A stretch of DNA of 39,847 nt from a virus. Taxonomy: Duplodnaviria > Caudoviricetes. Positions 36,147-39,847 of the stretch are shown here, in pieces. Within the stretch, counting starts at the first letter, position 1, and each line of letters starts with the position of its first letter. Position numbers and translations under genes: made by a program. The notes beneath the pieces were generated by a model. It worked only from the letters and a program-made list of their open reading frames with translations. It made no database searches and was not told the origin of the DNA. Location: positions 1 through 39,847 of IMG/VR virus record IMGVR_UViG_3300017913_002205. One strand, 5' to 3'.

Positions 36147-36529
36147 TAGTAATCAATTCCTTCTATACCTTCGTGTTCTTTATTAGGGTCAAAAGAATCG
36201 TACTCTTCTTCTTCGTCATCTAATACTTGAGTTACTTTTTCTTTTACTGACTGCGATACAGCAGCTTCATCAGTATCTAGATCAAGCATCTCAATATGAA
36301 CTTTCTTACCAGATAACTCTGCTTCTTTAGCAGCTATAGAACGAGCTTTGTCTTGATCCATAATAATAATATCATTATAAGTATGGTCTCCAGAACCTTC
36401 TACTGTGGTAATTCCCACAACTGGTTTTGCAGTTGAACAGCTAACACAAACGTGATAACCTAACTCTACTCTTTTTACTGGTAATACGTCCTCGTTACAA
36501 GAAGGACAAGTTGTCATTTCTAATTTCAT
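36146..36529 (-). CDS. TraR-like C4 zinc-finger protein with acidic tail
   Basis: CPSC...KRVELGYHVCVSCSTAK, similar to 24253..24486. Confidence 0.65.
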   Translation of the reverse strand: MKLEMTTCPSCNEDVLPVKRVELGYHVCVSCSTAKPVVGITTVEGSGDHTYNDIIIMDQDKARSIAAKEAELSGKKVHIEMLDLDTDEAAVSQSVKEKVTQVLDDEEEEYDSFDPNKEHEGIEGIDY

Positions 36530-36555
36530 ATATAACCGTTTAAAAATTTATCGTA

Positions 36556-36587
36556 TAAATATAGGCATTCTAAATCAGAAAACCAAC
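36556..36587 (-). promoter_or_regulatory. Promoter GTTG-N20-TATATTTA
   Basis: Exact motif. Confidence 0.75.
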
Positions 36588-36991
36588 TATTTACTAAATT
36601 TTTTTATAACATTCCAAACATCAGATGGCTCTTTGAAAGGTACAGTCTCTTCTTTTTTATTCTTTTCTACTGTGATAGTACCATCCCATTCCTTATCTGG
36701 AACTAATTGATAAAGGTACATTTGTATTAAAGCTAACTGCTCTTTATTAAAATGCATCTTCATAAGATCTTCTATAACTCTAAAGAATTGATCTTCGTAT
36801 GTTGTCATGTCCATACCAATTTCTTCTGCCATAAAATCTCTTCTATCTTCTATTTGACGTAACTGTTTAATAACGCCAATAAATAACTTTTTATTCATAG
36901 TCTCTTTATCGGGAGATTTACTTATGATTCGGTAAGAGAGTGGGTGTATAGAATGTAAAACTTGCCTTATCCTTTTTCTTGGATGCACCAT
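36587..36991 (-). CDS. Hypothetical protein
   Basis: 134-aa ORF packed between neighbours. Confidence 0.65.
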   Translation of the reverse strand: MVHPRKRIRQVLHSIHPLSYRIISKSPDKETMNKKLFIGVIKQLRQIEDRRDFMAEEIGMDMTTYEDQFFRVIEDLMKMHFNKEQLALIQMYLYQLVPDKEWDGTITVEKNKKEETVPFKEPSDVWNVIKKFSK

Positions 36992-36994
36992 AAA

Positions 36995-37366
36995 CTACAC
37001 TTCATCGTTAGAATTACCATCGTTACTTGGATTCTGACCTGCTAAAGCTTTACGAATAATCTTATCGAAATATTCGATGTAAATGAAGAATCCTATGATA
37101 GTTTTATCTTTTAAGTTTCTATCTCTTTCGACTCTTAAATCGTATGGATCTAAACCTGCTTCTAATCTTCTTTCAAGTTCAATGGCTATGTCATTCTGCT
37201 CAGTGGCAGTTATTGAGCCAAACTTAGTAGGAAGGAATTGAACCTTGACACCTTTCTTTTGAGGATCTTCATTAGTGTCCACTTTAAGAACAAAAGTATG
37301 ACCTGCAAAATTAATTTTTGCTGCTTCGTTAAGAGTCTTTCTGATAAGTTTAGTTAAGTTCTTCAT
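36995..37366 (-). CDS. Hypothetical late protein
   Basis: MKNLTKLIRKTLNEA N-terminus, with CTATTTATT (core at 37370-37377) just upstream. Confidence 0.65.
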   Translation of the reverse strand: MKNLTKLIRKTLNEAAKINFAGHTFVLKVDTNEDPQKKGVKVQFLPTKFGSITATEQNDIAIELERRLEAGLDPYDLRVERDRNLKDKTIIGFFIYIEYFDKIIRKALAGQNPSNDGNSNDEV

Positions 37367-37378
37367 AATAATAAATAG

Positions 37379-37552
37379 TTACCCAAATAGCATTTGTTTG
37401 TCAGATGATGATCCTTCAGAGATTATCTTATGCTCAACTATATGTCTGTTTCTACACCACTGTTGGATTGACCAATCAATTCTATCTGTAGTAAGTTCTA
37501 CAGTTTCTTTTTTTCCATCACCGTGAGTAAATTCTACTTTATATGTTTTCAT
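37379..37552 (-). CDS. 57-aa hypothetical protein (not in ORF track)
   Basis: MKTYKVEFTHGDGKKETVELTTDRIDWSIQQWCRNRHIVEHKIISEGSSSDKQMLFG*, ATGA overlap with the GT2 stop. Confidence 0.7.
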   Translation of the reverse strand: MKTYKVEFTHGDGKKETVELTTDRIDWSIQQWCRNRHIVEHKIISEGSSSDKQMLFG

Positions 37553-38718
37553 AAGTGAATAAGTTTATCTGTATATTCAGTAAGTGAGTTAATAGTGATA
37601 GATAAATTACCTAAATTAAATTTACCTACACTTCCACTATCTTTAATAATTTGAGATAGTTTCTGTATATAAATAAAGTCGTCGTTGCTAAAACTCTTAC
37701 CGTCTATGTTAACTACAATATCAGAATCACACGATAGTTGTTTGTTAATACGTTTAGACAAGTCTATAATAGTATTTACTTGTTCTTTTTCGATATAACT
37801 ATCGTAATCAATATCGACACACAAACAATCACACCATGGTTCTAATGCTTCAATAATATTCATATTAGCATTACTAACCACTATACCAACATTGTATTTA
37901 GGTGGTACTATAGGTTTCATTAGGTTATCATGCATAACAAAATGACCCCATTTACGGATAAAGTTACGAGTACTTCTCATATTCTGAGCTAGCCATTCTG
38001 GACTATCTTCATATATGTTCTTAGCTTTATCTAATGTGTTTCTTCTACTACCTCTTGATGTCATATGGTAAACAAAACCATCCCATACTTGCTTAAACTT
38101 AACTCCGTTCAATTGAAACCTATTGAATATATCTGAGTCTTCTTTTGACTGAGGAGCATACAATGGGTCATGACCTCCTATCTCTTGAAAATCTCTTCTA
38201 TAGAATGCCCATGGAGCAAATATACCTTCAGTTACTTTAGTAGCATCTTTACTCTTTTCATACCATTCTAATACTACCTGCTCTTTAAACTCCTCTGGTT
38301 CAACACCGCAGTTAAGTAGTACCTTTTCTGGACCATCTGGATGTAGAGGAGGTTCTATTCTAGTTAGTGATACTATGACTTTCTCTTCTATCTCTCTTTC
38401 AATAGCGTCTAATGCACCAGGCATTAAGTACATATCAGCATGATAGATCATAGCAATATCATTTGTTGCTACTTCATTAATTAACCTATCATATAAGATT
38501 GTGTGACCTAATCTTTTGCCAGTGTCATTTAAAATAGCTTTAAACTTATCATCTTTAGCCATCATTTCCTCACACCATGCCCAAGTACCATCAGTTGATG
38601 CATCATCTGCGACACAAATCTCTACATCATGACTACCTTGATTTTTTCTTATAGCAGCATAAGCCCACTTAAGATATTTTAAATTGTTCCTTCCAGGTTG
38701 TATTAAACTGATCTTCAT
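37549..38718 (-). CDS. Glycosyltransferase family 2 (GT-A)
   Basis: MKISLIQP, EICVADDASTDGT, HADM (DxD-like), IGGHD...EDSD. Confidence 0.9.
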   Translation of the reverse strand: MKISLIQPGRNNLKYLKWAYAAIRKNQGSHDVEICVADDASTDGTWAWCEEMMAKDDKFKAILNDTGKRLGHTILYDRLINEVATNDIAMIYHADMYLMPGALDAIEREIEEKVIVSLTRIEPPLHPDGPEKVLLNCGVEPEEFKEQVVLEWYEKSKDATKVTEGIFAPWAFYRRDFQEIGGHDPLYAPQSKEDSDIFNRFQLNGVKFKQVWDGFVYHMTSRGSRRNTLDKAKNIYEDSPEWLAQNMRSTRNFIRKWGHFVMHDNLMKPIVPPKYNVGIVVSNANMNIIEALEPWCDCLCVDIDYDSYIEKEQVNTIIDLSKRINKQLSCDSDIVVNIDGKSFSNDDFIYIQKLSQIIKDSGSVGKFNLGNLSITINSLTEYTDKLIHL

Positions 38719-39613
38719 GAAAATATTTTTTGTAGTTTAAAAGAGCTGTACGACTACAGTGGTCATAAAACTCTTGATCATTCTTTAATTTATGAATTTT
38801 TTCTCGGGCCGACAACACATCACCTATTTGAACTGATAAATCTGGATGGCATAGCTCCTGTGTGTCTAAACCTTCATACCCAATGCAAGGTATGCCTAAA
38901 TAAGCACAGTTAAGAGCAAATGTACCAGCAGCATGAGTCTTCATTAGATGAACTGCATACTTAAAGTTGTTAAGAGTTTTAATCCAATCAACCCAATTCA
39001 TATAAGGTAGTTGTTTTAACCCTAACTGTTCTTCTCCTTCTTGTCTTTGACCCATTTTAGGAGAGTATACTTCTTCACCTATAGAATTAGCAACCATAAA
39101 TGAATCAAAACCTCCATACCACTCAACAAAGTTACCTCCTACCATAACTCCCTTACGTTCAACTTGAGGTATATCTTTTACTGAATCTTCTATCATAAGT
39201 GAAGGTAATATTCTAACGTCTGGATGACCAGTTATACCTTCAAAGTATCTCTTATCTACTCTGTTATGGCAAAATACTACATCAGCATTTCGTAAACTAT
39301 TAAAGTAACTTATCTGACCTGCTAGTGAGTAACGTTGAAAAAACCATGCTGGTCCTTCCTGCATTACTGCAATTTTATTACAAAACTTTCTGGCTGTTTG
39401 TAAAAAGTCTTTTTCAATAGCACCTATAAGTTTTTCTTCTGGTTTAGGGATAATAATTAGACCCAGGTCATATTGCTTATCCGGAACATCACCAAACGTG
39501 TAGCAATCAGCTTCTAAAGTACACGGCCATGCTTGTTCTGTTCTCATGCCAGGATATGAACGAGGTATCTTTTGACCTCCAAAATTCATTTCAGTTATAT
39601 AAGCTACTCTCAT
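38669..39613 (-). CDS. Glycosyltransferase (GT-B/GT4-like)
   Basis: ADVVFCHN and AAGTFALNCAYLGIPCIG (variant of E.FG....EA...G.P.I), located in a sugar cluster. Confidence 0.7.
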   Translation of the reverse strand: MRVAYITEMNFGGQKIPRSYPGMRTEQAWPCTLEADCYTFGDVPDKQYDLGLIIIPKPEEKLIGAIEKDFLQTARKFCNKIAVMQEGPAWFFQRYSLAGQISYFNSLRNADVVFCHNRVDKRYFEGITGHPDVRILPSLMIEDSVKDIPQVERKGVMVGGNFVEWYGGFDSFMVANSIGEEVYSPKMGQRQEGEEQLGLKQLPYMNWVDWIKTLNNFKYAVHLMKTHAAGTFALNCAYLGIPCIGYEGLDTQELCHPDLSVQIGDVLSAREKIHKLKNDQEFYDHCSRTALLNYKKYFHEDQFNTTWKEQFKIS

Positions 39614-39847
39614 AAAGACTTAATATAATCAATTACATCTACCGTCGGTTGATATCCTAACACTTCTTTTACATGACTGATATCTGCTAATCCTTTCTTT
39701 CTATCTCCTCTACGTGCAGGTATAAAAGTAAACTCATGATCAAATGCAGCTGCTATCTCTCTTATACTGTAATCTTTACCTGTACCTAACTGAAACTCAT
39801 CGTTTCTTATATTATCTCCTGCTAAAAGTAACCCTTGTATAATATCA
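39610..39847 (-). CDS. NAD-dependent NDP-sugar epimerase/dehydratase, C-terminal fragment (runs off window)
   Basis: Hand translation DIIQGLLLAG...FQLGTGKDYSIREIAAAF...PARRGD...ADISHVKEVLGYQP matches a GalE-like C-terminus. Confidence 0.8.
   Translation of the reverse strand, partial: DIIQGLLLAGDNIRNDEFQLGTGKDYSIREIAAAFDHEFTFIPARRGDRKKGLADISHVKEVLGYQPTVDVIDYIKSL

Noticed and set aside
1-39847. Stop-codon reassignment
   Set aside because: Genes tile densely in the standard code, TAA, TAG and TGA all terminate genes, and the tRNA anticodon is UCU (Arg), not a suppressor.

Overview
AT-rich segment of a large tailed dsDNA phage with a contractile-tail baseplate (myovirus-like). Nearly all genes are on the minus strand and use the standard code. 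Promoter architecture suggests a Bacteroidota/Flavobacteria host, which is an inference. From 1 to 16.5 kb is a virion module: two S74-chaperone tail fibres, paralogous baseplate/fibre-attachment proteins, and gp6-, gp25- and gp5-like proteins, all rich in S/T-G-S. A gp55-like sigma factor and an HD phosphohydrolase follow. The 18.2-21.5 kb stretch has a strand switch, TA-rich tracts and small membrane peptides. From 21.5 to 37.5 kb are accessory genes: thyA, tRNA-Arg(UCU), GIY-YIG and HNH nucleases, TraR-like zinc fingers, DUF932 and a GH73 glucosaminidase. Across 18-37 kb there are 12 copies of a GTTG-N20-TATATTWA-type promoter. A glycosylation cluster (GT2, GT-B, NDP-sugar epimerase) lies at the right end. 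The most unusual element is a tightly coupled six-gene unit at 26.7-31.3 kb. It encodes a circularly permuted ATP-grasp-like domain fused to three tandem Hint (intein-like) domains, an unannotated 47-aa Ser/Thr-rich peptide, a SET methyltransferase, an Rmt2/GAMT-like methyltransferase and two 2OG-Fe(II) oxygenases. This is a candidate phage-encoded peptide/protein modification system. All family calls come from motif recognition by eye, not database searches.
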